DNA of 32,642 nt, taken from an uncultured virus (IMG/VR IMGVR_UViG_3300032323_001292). Its lineage: Duplodnaviria; Heunggongvirae; Uroviricota; Caudoviricetes. The DNA lies in the IMG/VR virus record IMGVR_UViG_3300032323_001292, one strand, 5' to 3'. Below the pieces are notes generated by a model, which saw nothing but the letters and a program-made list of their open reading frames with translations, was not told the origin of the DNA and ran no database searches. Below are positions 17,108 to 24,703 of this stretch, one piece after another (position 1 is the stretch's first letter; each line of letters opens with the position of its first letter). The translations under genes were made by a program, and so were the position numbers.

Positions 17108-17286
17108 AGGTAGTCGTCTCCGTAAGGGATATCAACCTCGTCAGTCTCGTACTGATTAGGTTCATTACACCTAGGGCAATTTATAGTGACAATTTCATGC
17201 TCGCCACTATTGCGTGCGTCATAGTCCCAAGTGTGTAGACAATTAGGACATTCGAGGATATCGTCGTGGAGATATGTAACAGGCAT
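17104..17286 (-). CDS. Small zinc-ribbon protein
   Basis: CPNC and CPRC motifs. Confidence 0.7.
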   Translation of the reverse strand: MPVTYLHDDILECPNCLHTWDYDARNSGEHEIVTINCPRCNEPNQYETDEVDIPYGDDYL

Positions 17287-17492
17287 TACACACCCCCAGT
17301 CGGGTCGAACTTGCGTTCCTCTATTGCTTCATTAACACTATTGACATGGCACTCGCCAGACTCTAAGTGTTCAGGTAACCCCACACGATAACCATTTTCA
17401 AATTGCTCAATGGTTAATGGTGTGGAACAATATGGACATGGTAGGCTATCGCCAGCCATGAGCATACGGGTTTGGTATGGAATATATGTCAT
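17286..17492 (-). CDS. Small metal-binding protein (CxxC...HxxxxxC)
   Basis: CPYC and HLESGEC motifs. First gene after the promoter at about 17534. Confidence 0.7.
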   Translation of the reverse strand: MTYIPYQTRMLMAGDSLPCPYCSTPLTIEQFENGYRVGLPEHLESGECHVNSVNEAIEERKFDPTGGV

Positions 17493-17533
17493 GCTAACCC
17501 CTAACTATGAAACAACTTTTGCTTCATGTATCT

Positions 17534-17583
17534 AAGATACACCCACTAGCCGACAGAATTAGAGACGTTACCAAATTGTTATA
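17534..17583 (-). promoter_or_regulatory. Tandem RTAACRAT box (copy 5) plus -10 element
   Basis: ATAACAAT-TTG-GTAAC (17582-17567), 27 bp, then TATCTT (17539-17534). Confidence 0.75.
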
Positions 17584-17584
17584 A

Positions 17585-17600
17585 TCGAACACATGTTCGG
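17585..17600. promoter_or_regulatory. Actinobacterial-type LexA SOS box
   Basis: TCGAAC-ACAT-GTTCGG against the consensus TCGAAC-N4-GTTCGA, with one terminal mismatch. Intergenic. Confidence 0.75.
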
Positions 17601-17675
17601 TCTCATACCCCCCACCCTTAAATACGGACAAATCGGACATGCCCGCCAGGCTTTACGGATGACTAAAAGGTGAAT

Positions 17676-17837
17676 TTAGTGGGCAGTAGCCGACTTGATA
17701 ATGAATGAGCGGTTTCCACAATCGGCACATGTGCCTAAAACCATTGAGAACTTCTCTTTCGTAACTTCTTTGGGGTTTATCATTTTGGTAGCTTTATTGC
17801 AATGTGGGCAGAATGCGTTGGGGGTTACTTGTCCCAT
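17676..17837 (-). CDS. Small zinc-ribbon protein, DUF5679-like (not in ORF track)
   Basis: 53 aa: MGQVTPNAFCPHCNKATKM...VLGTCADCGNRSFIIK. GGAGG RBS. Confidence 0.75.
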   Translation of the reverse strand: MGQVTPNAFCPHCNKATKMINPKEVTKEKFSMVLGTCADCGNRSFIIKSATAH

Positions 17838-17914
17838 GCTTGGGATTCCTCCAGTCTCTCTTTCATAGCCTTGCCTAAAAGCTCTAATATCTTATTTAAT
17901 TCTTCTTCTGACAT
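17825..17914 (-). CDS. Tiny helical peptide, probably leaderless (not in ORF track)
   Basis: 29 aa: MSEEELNKILELLGKAMKERLEESQAWDK*, preceded by TGC-TAGGCT-N6-ATG. Confidence 0.5.
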   Translation of the reverse strand: MSEEELNKILELLGKAMKERLEESQAWDK

Positions 17915-17958
17915 ACCTTAAGCCTAGCATATTCGGGGGTTTGTGATATTTTGCTTAT
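17915..17958. promoter_or_regulatory. Back-to-back leaderless promoters at the strand switch
   Basis: TGC-TAGGCT-TAAGGT-ATG on the - strand and TGA-TATTTT-GCTTAT-ATG on the + strand. Confidence 0.6.
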
Positions 17959-18183
17959 ATGTTTACAACTTGGCTCTTGGAACAAGAGTACCGTAAAGAC
18001 GATGTGGGTAAATTGGCTCACCTCGTCTATCAGGATTTGAATAATGGCTGTGCTATGGGCATAAAGAGCTATGTGGGCTGGTACGTTCATTTTGTTCGTC
18101 ATCACAAGCATAACTCGCTATTATTGCTGAATCTGCTGGACAATGCGCAAGACGAACACATTAAGTCATTAACCCCCGAATAG
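17959..18183 (+). CDS. YozE/SAM-like helical protein
   Basis: FTTWLLEQEYRKDDVGKLA matches the F..WL..Q..R.D..G.LA pattern. Confidence 0.55.
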   Translation: MFTTWLLEQEYRKDDVGKLAHLVYQDLNNGCAMGIKSYVGWYVHFVRHHKHNSLLLLNLLDNAQDEHIKSLTPE

Positions 18184-18210
18184 CTTTAAAAATCTGCAAT
18201 AATTAAAGAC

Positions 18211-18396
18211 ATGGAACACAGTAGCCAATTTAACAAAGTAGTAGATTTAGCACAGTTTCGTGCGCGTAAAGAAGGAATGACAGCTCCTGGTTCAAATCAT
18301 CCCGCTTTCAAAGCATTGCAACGTAAAACACAACTAAAAGAAAATTTAAATAAAGTAGAAAAAGAAACACCACTCTTCGATTGGAATAAAGACTAA
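18211..18396 (+). CDS. Small hypothetical protein
   Basis: 61-aa ORF coupled to the next gene. Confidence 0.65.
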   Translation: MEHSSQFNKVVDLAQFRARKEGMTAPGSNHPAFKALQRKTQLKENLNKVEKETPLFDWNKD

Positions 18397-18581
18397 TGTC
18401 AAGACAAGTTGAATTTGAATTAGGAAATAGAACTAATGCAGTATTTGCAATTAACCCTAGAGTTAGTACTTTAGAAGCTTTAAATAAAAGAGGACAGTCT
18501 CAACCAATCAGTGGAGATTACATTCCTAAAGGTAAAAAAGGCAAGTCTTCAGGAAAGTTAAACGGTAAAGGCGGATACTAG
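18396..18581 (+). CDS. Small basic protein (SRQV / QPISGD paralog A)
   Basis: Coupled ORF sharing motifs with the next gene. Confidence 0.65.
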   Translation: MSRQVEFELGNRTNAVFAINPRVSTLEALNKRGQSQPISGDYIPKGKKGKSSGKLNGKGGY

Positions 18582-18811
18582 TGAGAGCTAGAAACGGTAA
18601 CGAATCTCGTCAAGTTATCTTTAGAAAAGGTCAAGACGATACTGAACTAGTAAGACGTGCTAAAGACGCTTCCCACAGAGAAGAAACAGGAATGCCAACT
18701 GCAGAAGAAGTGCATACCTACAGACTTGCTAAAGGAACAGATACACGCAAAGTTGATGATTTAGTAAACCAACCAATTAGCGGAGATTTAATGAAGAGAG
18801 CTAAAAGATGA
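18581..18811 (+). CDS. Small basic protein (SRQV / QPISGD paralog B)
   Basis: Coupled ORF sharing motifs with the previous gene. Confidence 0.65.
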   Translation: MRARNGNESRQVIFRKGQDDTELVRRAKDASHREETGMPTAEEVHTYRLAKGTDTRKVDDLVNQPISGDLMKRAKR

Positions 18812-19023
18812 TTTACGACCCAGCATTAGGTGCAACCCGCGCATACCGAAGCGGTGTAGTTACACAAAATTTACCCGCGTCAAAAAAACTTTCTACTTCA
18901 CAGTGGCGTAATATTAATAAAGGAATGTTTTCGGGACCTCGACCAAGCTATCAAGGTTATATGCTTAATGAGAATTCAAAAGATATTTTAAACCGTTCAA
19001 AACGCAATATGGATATGAGGTAA
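18808..19023 (+). CDS. Small basic protein
   Basis: 71-aa ORF, ATGA overlap. Confidence 0.65.
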   Translation: MIYDPALGATRAYRSGVVTQNLPASKKLSTSQWRNINKGMFSGPRPSYQGYMLNENSKDILNRSKRNMDMR

Positions 19024-19025
19024 GT

Positions 19026-19250
19026 ATGTTGCCACTAGCAGCAATTGCAGCAAGAATAGTTGGACCAACAGTTGCAAAATCCGTTGGTGCACAATTTTCA
19101 AAAACAACTGCACAAAGCGTAATTAAAAGCGGTGTAAAGAATTATGCACAAGGCGCAGCTTTTAATATGGGAATGAACGCTGGAAGAAGTATGACTGAAT
19201 TTACAAGAGGCGCTCAAGATAACGACGAAGCACGACAAGCTCTTATCTAA
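19026..19250 (+). CDS. Small Ala/Gly-rich protein
   Basis: 74-aa ORF, GAGG RBS. Confidence 0.65.
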   Translation: MLPLAAIAARIVGPTVAKSVGAQFSKTTAQSVIKSGVKNYAQGAAFNMGMNAGRSMTEFTRGAQDNDEARQALI

Positions 19251-19252
19251 CA

Positions 19253-19546
19253 ATGGCTGAAACAAAGAAATTTGGACCTTACAAAGGTTCTAAAGCTAAT
19301 GGTGGTCGCCCTATTTATGTCTACAAGAAAAAAGTAGGCGGTAAATGGGTTACTACTTCTAAGAATAAAGCCCGTGCAGATTATGAGTCTAAGAACGGCA
19401 AAATTAAATCTAAAGACATTACTGTTGACCATAAAGACAATAACCACAATAACGACTCTAAAGGTAATCTTCGAACCATTTCTCGTAGCAAAAATACCGC
19501 TAAAGAAAACAAACGCAGAGCCGGTAAAAAAGAAAACGAGAAATAA
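19253..19546 (+). CDS. Small basic HNH-motif protein
   Basis: VDHKDNNHNNDSKGNLRTISRSKN matches the HNH (beta-beta-alpha-Me) motif. Confidence 0.8.
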   Translation: MAETKKFGPYKGSKANGGRPIYVYKKKVGGKWVTTSKNKARADYESKNGKIKSKDITVDHKDNNHNNDSKGNLRTISRSKNTAKENKRRAGKKENEK

Positions 19547-19962
19547 TGTACGAATATAATGTAAAGAAAGTTCTTAAGGTAGTAGACGGCGATACTATCG
19601 ACGTTGATATTGATTTAGGATTTGATATCTCCCTAACCAAAAGAGTTCGCTTAGCCGGTATTGATACCCCAGAAAGCCGTACCACTGATAAATTTGAAAA
19701 AGAACTAGGATTAGCTGTTAAAGACTATTTAAAGCATTCCCTAGACAATATTAAAAAGATTGTTATTAAGACCGAGCTGCCAGACTCTACAGAGAAATAC
19801 GGCCGTATCCTAGGCCATCTATTTATAGATGGTAGCGAGACTTCTTTTAACCAACACCTAATTGACGCAGGCTATGCTTGGGGTTATGATGGTGGTACTA
19901 AAAAGAAAGACTTTGCTGACTTAAAAGCAAAGCGTGAAGCGTACGAGGCAAGTAAAAAGTAA
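19546..19962 (+). CDS. Thermonuclease (SNase-like) protein
   Basis: KVVDGDTID, VRLAGIDTPE, EKYGRILG and LIDAGYA. Confidence 0.9.
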   Translation: MYEYNVKKVLKVVDGDTIDVDIDLGFDISLTKRVRLAGIDTPESRTTDKFEKELGLAVKDYLKHSLDNIKKIVIKTELPDSTEKYGRILGHLFIDGSETSFNQHLIDAGYAWGYDGGTKKKDFADLKAKREAYEASKK

Positions 19963-19987
19963 TAAACCACAACTAGGAGCATAAACC

Positions 19988-20386
19988 GTGTTACAACACA
20001 AACATTTATTGATAAACGCTAAAGTTCAAGACCCAATTAAATCTGAAGAAGACGCTATTAAGTTTTTAATACATTTAGTTCATCAAATTAAAATGAAAAT
20101 TGTTAGAGGCCCATTTGCTTCTTACGTAGATGTTCCAGGCAACCGTGGACTAACCGCTATTGTAATGATTGAAACTTCACATATTGCTTTTCACATTTGG
20201 GATGAAAAAGACCCATCTGTATTACAATTTGATTTATACACCTGTGGTGATTTAGACAAAGACTTTGTATTAGATTGTCTGCGTGAACGTTTTGATATTG
20301 TTTCTATGGATTACGCCCTTTATGATAGAGAAGTTGGGTTTAAAATTATAGAAACTGGCTCGGAGGTAAAAGGTGGAACTAACTAA
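19988..20386 (+). CDS. speD: S-adenosylmethionine decarboxylase proenzyme-like
   Basis: HKHLLI, GLTAIVMIETSHIAFHIW (pyruvoyl self-cleavage region) and DLYTCG. AGGAG RBS. Confidence 0.8.
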   Translation: MLQHKHLLINAKVQDPIKSEEDAIKFLIHLVHQIKMKIVRGPFASYVDVPGNRGLTAIVMIETSHIAFHIWDEKDPSVLQFDLYTCGDLDKDFVLDCLRERFDIVSMDYALYDREVGFKIIETGSEVKGGTN

Positions 20387-20582
20387 GACTCAAGAAAGAG
20401 TCTTTACGTCTGACGACCGTTGTGACGCATGTTCTGCTGCAGCCCAAGTATCTGCAACTTTTATAAATGGTGAATTACTTTTTTGTGGGCATCATGCTAG
20501 AAAATCTGTAGTTACATTAAAAACTAAAGCACTTAATTTATATGACCCTGAAAATCAGTTAGGTTTACTTAGCATTCATTAA
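20373..20582 (+). CDS. Small zinc-binding protein of actinobacterial type (DRCD.C...LLFCGHH)
   Basis: DRCDAC and FCGHH motifs, GGAGG RBS. Confidence 0.75.
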   Translation: MELTKTQERVFTSDDRCDACSAAAQVSATFINGELLFCGHHARKSVVTLKTKALNLYDPENQLGLLSIH

Positions 20583-20619
20583 TTTAGTAAAATAGAACCT
20601 GTACGCGGGAGAATTTTAC

Positions 20620-22122
20620 TTGTTTAAAAACATTAAATTACGTATTTTATTATTGCTGCCAAGTTTACTGGCAGCTCTTTTGGTATTTAAACCTACAGAT
20701 TCTTTTGCAAATGCAGCACCTTGTGACACCTATCAGGTAAACGGTGGCGACCAAGCGTTTTTAATGAACTTAAATACTCCACTTAAATGGGGAGAAACTG
20801 TTTATACAAATAATATTTATGTAAGTCCAAAAGGAACAATTACATTTGGCGTAGGAGATTATACATTTTGGACTTTTCCACCAAGTCCATCTATATCAAT
20901 TGGCTCATGGGATTACCACGCCTTTGCTAATACACCAGGTGCTCAATGGGACCCAGGATGGGGTGTAGGAAAAGATTTGTATGTTAGATACGGTTCAACT
21001 GCAACTTCTATATGCGTTGACTGGAAAGTAATGGTATGGGGTCAATCTTCAGGAAATCCCGTATATATAAGAATGTTGGCAGAAGTAAATCCAGTTAACT
21101 ATACTTGGACTCCAACTTATCAAGTAAGTTCTAACGCACCAGGAGGTGCAAGATATGGTGCTAGATATGTTCAAAATGGTCAAGTTTTTCCATTAAGTGT
21201 TCAAACTATTACTCAACCACCTGTTCCAAGCCCTACACCTTCTCCAACTGCTACACCAACACCTACACCAACAGAAACAGTAACGCCAACCCCAACGCCA
21301 ACAGTAACACCTTCTGAGACCAGTTCACCTAGTCCAACTCCTGTAGAACCTTCACCAACAAGTAGCCCAACACCAACCCCAACAGAAACGCCATCTTCTA
21401 CTCCTTCTCCTGAGCCAACTCAGACTCAAAATCCAGTTGACCCAAATCCAAATCCAGAACCTGACGTGACAGAGCCTGACGAACCATCAGTAGACCCAAC
21501 GCCGGAAGAGACATTAGAGCCAGAACTAGAACCAGAACCTTCTTTTTCACCTGAACCTACTCCTATTGAAGAACCTGTTGACATCGTATCAGAAGAAGAA
21601 CAAATTCAACAAGAGGCTTTAGAAGAATTTAATCCTGATTACGAGTATCAATTAGATGAAGTTATTCCTGCATCAGAAGTTCTTGAAGAATTAAATGAAG
21701 AAGAAACTTTGGCTTTTCTTGAAGCATTAGACCCAAATCAGCCAATTGAATACGTTGAAGGCGTTATTATAGAAGCAGGAGTTGCACTTGTATTTGAACA
21801 ACTAGATAATCCTGCTGCTTTATTAGCAGAAGCCTTTGACAATCCGGGACAAGTATTAGAAGCGCTTGGTCAATTAGGCGCTGATATGACAGAAGAGCAG
21901 CGCGAAGACTCACAGCAAGTAGTTGTTGCAACAGTCATAGTATCCCAAGTTTTGGGAGCAATGGCTCTTACAACAACTCCTCCTGCTCCAGCACCATCAA
22001 GCGGTGGCTCTGGCGGCGGCGGCGGCGGAGGAGGAGGCGGCTCTGGTGAAGGCAAGAAAAAGCTAAAACCAAAGAGCCGTAGAAAACCACAGAAAATAAA
22101 AAACCACAGGAGGATAAAGTGA
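20620..22122 (+). CDS. Exported membrane-anchored protein with Pro/Thr-rich stalk
   Basis: Signal peptide ending ANA, aromatic beta domain, PT/PE repeats, acidic helical region, hydrophobic segment, Gly run and basic tail. Confidence 0.8.
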   Translation: MFKNIKLRILLLLPSLLAALLVFKPTDSFANAAPCDTYQVNGGDQAFLMNLNTPLKWGETVYTNNIYVSPKGTITFGVGDYTFWTFPPSPSISIGSWDYHAFANTPGAQWDPGWGVGKDLYVRYGSTATSICVDWKVMVWGQSSGNPVYIRMLAEVNPVNYTWTPTYQVSSNAPGGARYGARYVQNGQVFPLSVQTITQPPVPSPTPSPTATPTPTPTETVTPTPTPTVTPSETSSPSPTPVEPSPTSSPTPTPTETPSSTPSPEPTQTQNPVDPNPNPEPDVTEPDEPSVDPTPEETLEPELEPEPSFSPEPTPIEEPVDIVSEEEQIQQEALEEFNPDYEYQLDEVIPASEVLEELNEEETLAFLEALDPNQPIEYVEGVIIEAGVALVFEQLDNPAALLAEAFDNPGQVLEALGQLGADMTEEQREDSQQVVVATVIVSQVLGAMALTTTPPAPAPSSGGSGGGGGGGGGGSGEGKKKLKPKSRRKPQKIKNHRRIK

Positions 22123-22517
22123 TAAAGGCCTTATTAAAGCCTTTTAAATGGGCCTTAAAAGCTCTAATTTCCCTGGTCAAATACATCGTCAACATTCCTG
22201 TAGCAATAGTTAAGTTCGTAGTAAAAGTCGTTAAAGCAATTGTCCAGGAAGTTGTTAAAGTAGTAACTAGTTTTGCAGGAGGTATCTATAACCTAATTGC
22301 TTACGTATTAAAGAAACTATGGAAACTTGTAGTTTTTATATACGCCTGGTTAGTAGAAGCATTTATTGAAACACTAAATCAATTATGGACTTTACTAGGT
22401 ATGTTTGCAGCATGGTTAGTTTTAGAAGGTAGTGCAAAAACAATAGTTGGATATGCAATTATTTTAGTTCTTGCACTTTGGTTAGTAACTATACGAATAA
22501 GGAAAGAAGAAGAATAA
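22119..22517 (+). CDS. Membrane protein
   Basis: Long amphipathic N-terminus and two C-terminal hydrophobic helices. GTGA overlap. Confidence 0.75.
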   Translation: MIKALLKPFKWALKALISLVKYIVNIPVAIVKFVVKVVKAIVQEVVKVVTSFAGGIYNLIAYVLKKLWKLVVFIYAWLVEAFIETLNQLWTLLGMFAAWLVLEGSAKTIVGYAIILVLALWLVTIRIRKEEE

Positions 22518-22804
22518 TGGCAAAAGAAGTAAAGCTAGACGACGAAAAGAAGATGGGTGCAGTTAGCGGTATTAAGAACATCCTATTTAGAATAATTGCT
22601 GTATTTGCAGCTAATGGTCTTGGAGTTATTGGTGCTGGTGCAATTGTAGGTATAGATACCTTAAGTGCAGTCATTCTTGCAGGTACCCTTGGCGTAGCCA
22701 CTGTAGTTGAAAAATTAGCAAGAGGCTTTATAGATGATGGTAGACTAAGCATTGAAGAAATCAACTCTGCCTTTAACTCAGTAGATAAAAAGGCTGAAAA
22801 GTAG
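22517..22804 (+). CDS. Two-TM membrane protein
   Basis: Probable start MAKEVK at 22517 (TAATG coupling), DDGRLSIEEIN tail. Confidence 0.75.
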   Translation: MAKEVKLDDEKKMGAVSGIKNILFRIIAVFAANGLGVIGAGAIVGIDTLSAVILAGTLGVATVVEKLARGFIDDGRLSIEEINSAFNSVDKKAEK

Positions 22805-22810
22805 GAGCAA

Positions 22811-23050
22811 ATGCCTAAGCATAAAAAAGAACCATCAAAGACTTTAAAAGCTGGTGGTGAGAAGCACACTATCAAGAAAAACAAAAAGGGAGACATAATT
22901 GTTGACCATGCCGCTAGCGCAAAACTTGATAAATATGACAAAATTAACCTAACTAAAAAAGCTGGGGTTAAGACTGTCAAAGAAGGTGTCAAAGCAACTA
23001 AAAACTGGCATAAAGATATTTCTCACAAGACGGTAAAGAAGTCTAAGTAA
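22811..23050 (+). CDS. Small Lys-rich protein
   Basis: 79 aa, AGGAG RBS. Confidence 0.7.
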   Translation: MPKHKKEPSKTLKAGGEKHTIKKNKKGDIIVDHAASAKLDKYDKINLTKKAGVKTVKEGVKATKNWHKDISHKTVKKSK

Positions 23051-23092
23051 GTCGTTTACAAGTAGCGTCGTCTTTTATGATAGAGTTCTGTC

Positions 23093-23395
23093 ATGGAAGA
23101 CGACAGCATACTTTTAGAAGCCCATAGCGTGGTCCGTGGCCCTCGTCAAGATAACTATGACCATCCACTAGATAACTTCACTAGAATCGCTAAATTATGG
23201 TCTGTAATCCTTGAAAAAGAGATAACCCCAGAACAAGTAGGTCTTTGTATGGTTGCTCTTAAAATATCCCGTGAAATTCATAGACCCCAAAGAGATAACC
23301 TAGTTGATGGGGCTGGGTATTTTGAAACAGTTCACCTATTAAAAAGCGAGAGGATTAAGCGTTTAGCAAGTGAAGTTTTCCCTTTGGATGAATAA
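23093..23395 (+). CDS. DUF6378-like all-alpha protein (possible dNTP pyrophosphatase-related)
   Basis: RQDNY, NFTRIAKLWS, MVALKISR and DNLVDGAGY. Leaderless TGA-TAGAGT-N6-ATG start. Confidence 0.8.
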   Translation: MEDDSILLEAHSVVRGPRQDNYDHPLDNFTRIAKLWSVILEKEITPEQVGLCMVALKISREIHRPQRDNLVDGAGYFETVHLLKSERIKRLASEVFPLDE

Positions 23396-23403
23396 TTAAA
23401 GGT

Positions 23404-23868
23404 ATGTCTGAAATAAATCAACTTAAGAATATGGAAAAAGCCATTCCTAAAATGGGCTCAGCAGCTAAAGGTGTTCTTGGTTTAATAGTAGGTAGCGCCC
23501 TTGGTGGCGGCGGCGGTAAATTTGGTAAAACTGAAACTTCTAATCGCATGGTAGATAGAGCCCATGCTGCCAATGTAGAAGACGAAATGAAAAATAGAGA
23601 CTCTGCTAGAGAGATTAAAAAAGGCAAACAATTTTCTCAATATAAAGCTGAAGAAGCAAAACAATCACATAATCAAGCTTTAGAAAAACAAAGATTTGAA
23701 GCTGATACAGTTCATGAATTTGCTACAAGATACCCACATGCTACAGAAATTAAACATGGCGGAACTTCAGTTAAATTTAGTAAAAGAGGTTCTTCAAAAC
23801 CTACTTCTCCTACAACTGGCTCAAAACCAAAAAATGTTAAAAAAGCTAATAACAAAAAAACTAAGTAA
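23404..23868 (+). CDS. Basic low-complexity protein
   Basis: 154-aa ORF with codon usage like its neighbours. Confidence 0.7.
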   Translation: MSEINQLKNMEKAIPKMGSAAKGVLGLIVGSALGGGGGKFGKTETSNRMVDRAHAANVEDEMKNRDSAREIKKGKQFSQYKAEEAKQSHNQALEKQRFEADTVHEFATRYPHATEIKHGGTSVKFSKRGSSKPTSPTTGSKPKNVKKANNKKTK

Positions 23869-23994
23869 TCAAGAATTAAAGGTAGATAGAGTAGAAAACA
23901 TCTCTCGAGCCAATTCTAGAGATTTTAGAGACGCCCTAACTCGTGCTAAAGGCGCAGTTGATGGGATACCTACGGAAGCGATGCAGTGGATTAG

Positions 23995-24156
23995 ATGGAA
24001 CGTTTAACTAAAGCATTTGAAGCCTATAAAGAGGTTTCTAGAACCGTAAAAGACTCACGATTTGGTATTCGTAAACTTCCGGTAAGTAAAGAAAAACCTT
24101 TGTTTTTTTCTTACCCACAGCCAGGAAGAGGCCCCAACGGGGAGAGCTCCAACTAG
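23995..24156 (+). CDS. Small basic protein (not in ORF track)
   Basis: 53 aa: MERLTKAFEAYKEV...YPQPGRGPNGESSN*. It fills the gap. Confidence 0.55.
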   Translation: MERLTKAFEAYKEVSRTVKDSRFGIRKLPVSKEKPLFFSYPQPGRGPNGESSN

Positions 24157-24219
24157 TTTAGGTAGTAAAATTATTACCTGTATCGTACTGTAATACATAG
24201 AGCTTTTGAAAGGATTTTA

Positions 24220-24555
24220 GTGGCAACATATACACCGAAACGACTTGGCACAATGCCAGTCCAACTATCAACTAGTGGCAGCTCAGCGCTTTATACATGC
24301 CCAGCATCCACTTCAGCGATTATTAAAAGCATTATTGCTGCTAACACATCTGCTTCAGCAGTTACTTTTAACTTTTCAATAGTAAGCGCAGTAGCAGCTT
24401 CTTCCGCTTTAGTTTCAGGAGTAACTATCGCTGCTAACTCAGTTTTAACAATGGATAACTTGTCTGTTGTTCTACAAGCTGGGGAATCATTTTTTGCATC
24501 AGCTAGTGCTGGAACTTCTATAACTCTTACAGTTTCAGGAGTTGAAATTTCCTAA
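24220..24555 (+). CDS. Small beta-sandwich virion/tail-associated protein
   Basis: LYTCPA...IIKSI..AN...L.AGE...VSGVEI pattern seen in tail-fibre-adjacent proteins. GAAAGGA RBS. Confidence 0.65.
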   Translation: MATYTPKRLGTMPVQLSTSGSSALYTCPASTSAIIKSIIAANTSASAVTFNFSIVSAVAASSALVSGVTIAANSVLTMDNLSVVLQAGESFFASASAGTSITLTVSGVEIS

Positions 24556-24689
24556 TGGCAGTTGTAGTTTATGGACCTGTTGTTAACGCTGTTAATAACG
24601 AAGGTCATCAAGAAATATTAGTTTCTACAGTAGACCCAATATCAGCAAACGGAAAAAACGGCGACATCTGGATTAAATACACGCCTTAA
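24555..24689 (+). CDS. Tiny tail-fibre-motif protein (not in ORF track)
   Basis: 44 aa: MAVVVYGP...ILVSTVDPISANGKNGDIWIKYTP*. S..P...G..GD.W is a tail-fibre repeat motif. TAATG coupling. Confidence 0.65.
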   Translation: MAVVVYGPVVNAVNNEGHQEILVSTVDPISANGKNGDIWIKYTP

Positions 24690-24703
24690 TAATTAGGAGA
24701 ACA

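Noticed and set aside
21214..22050. CCA/ACA-rich and GGC repeats as DNA-level repeats
   Set aside because: They are fully explained by Pro/Thr and Gly low-complexity coding with varied synonymous codons.
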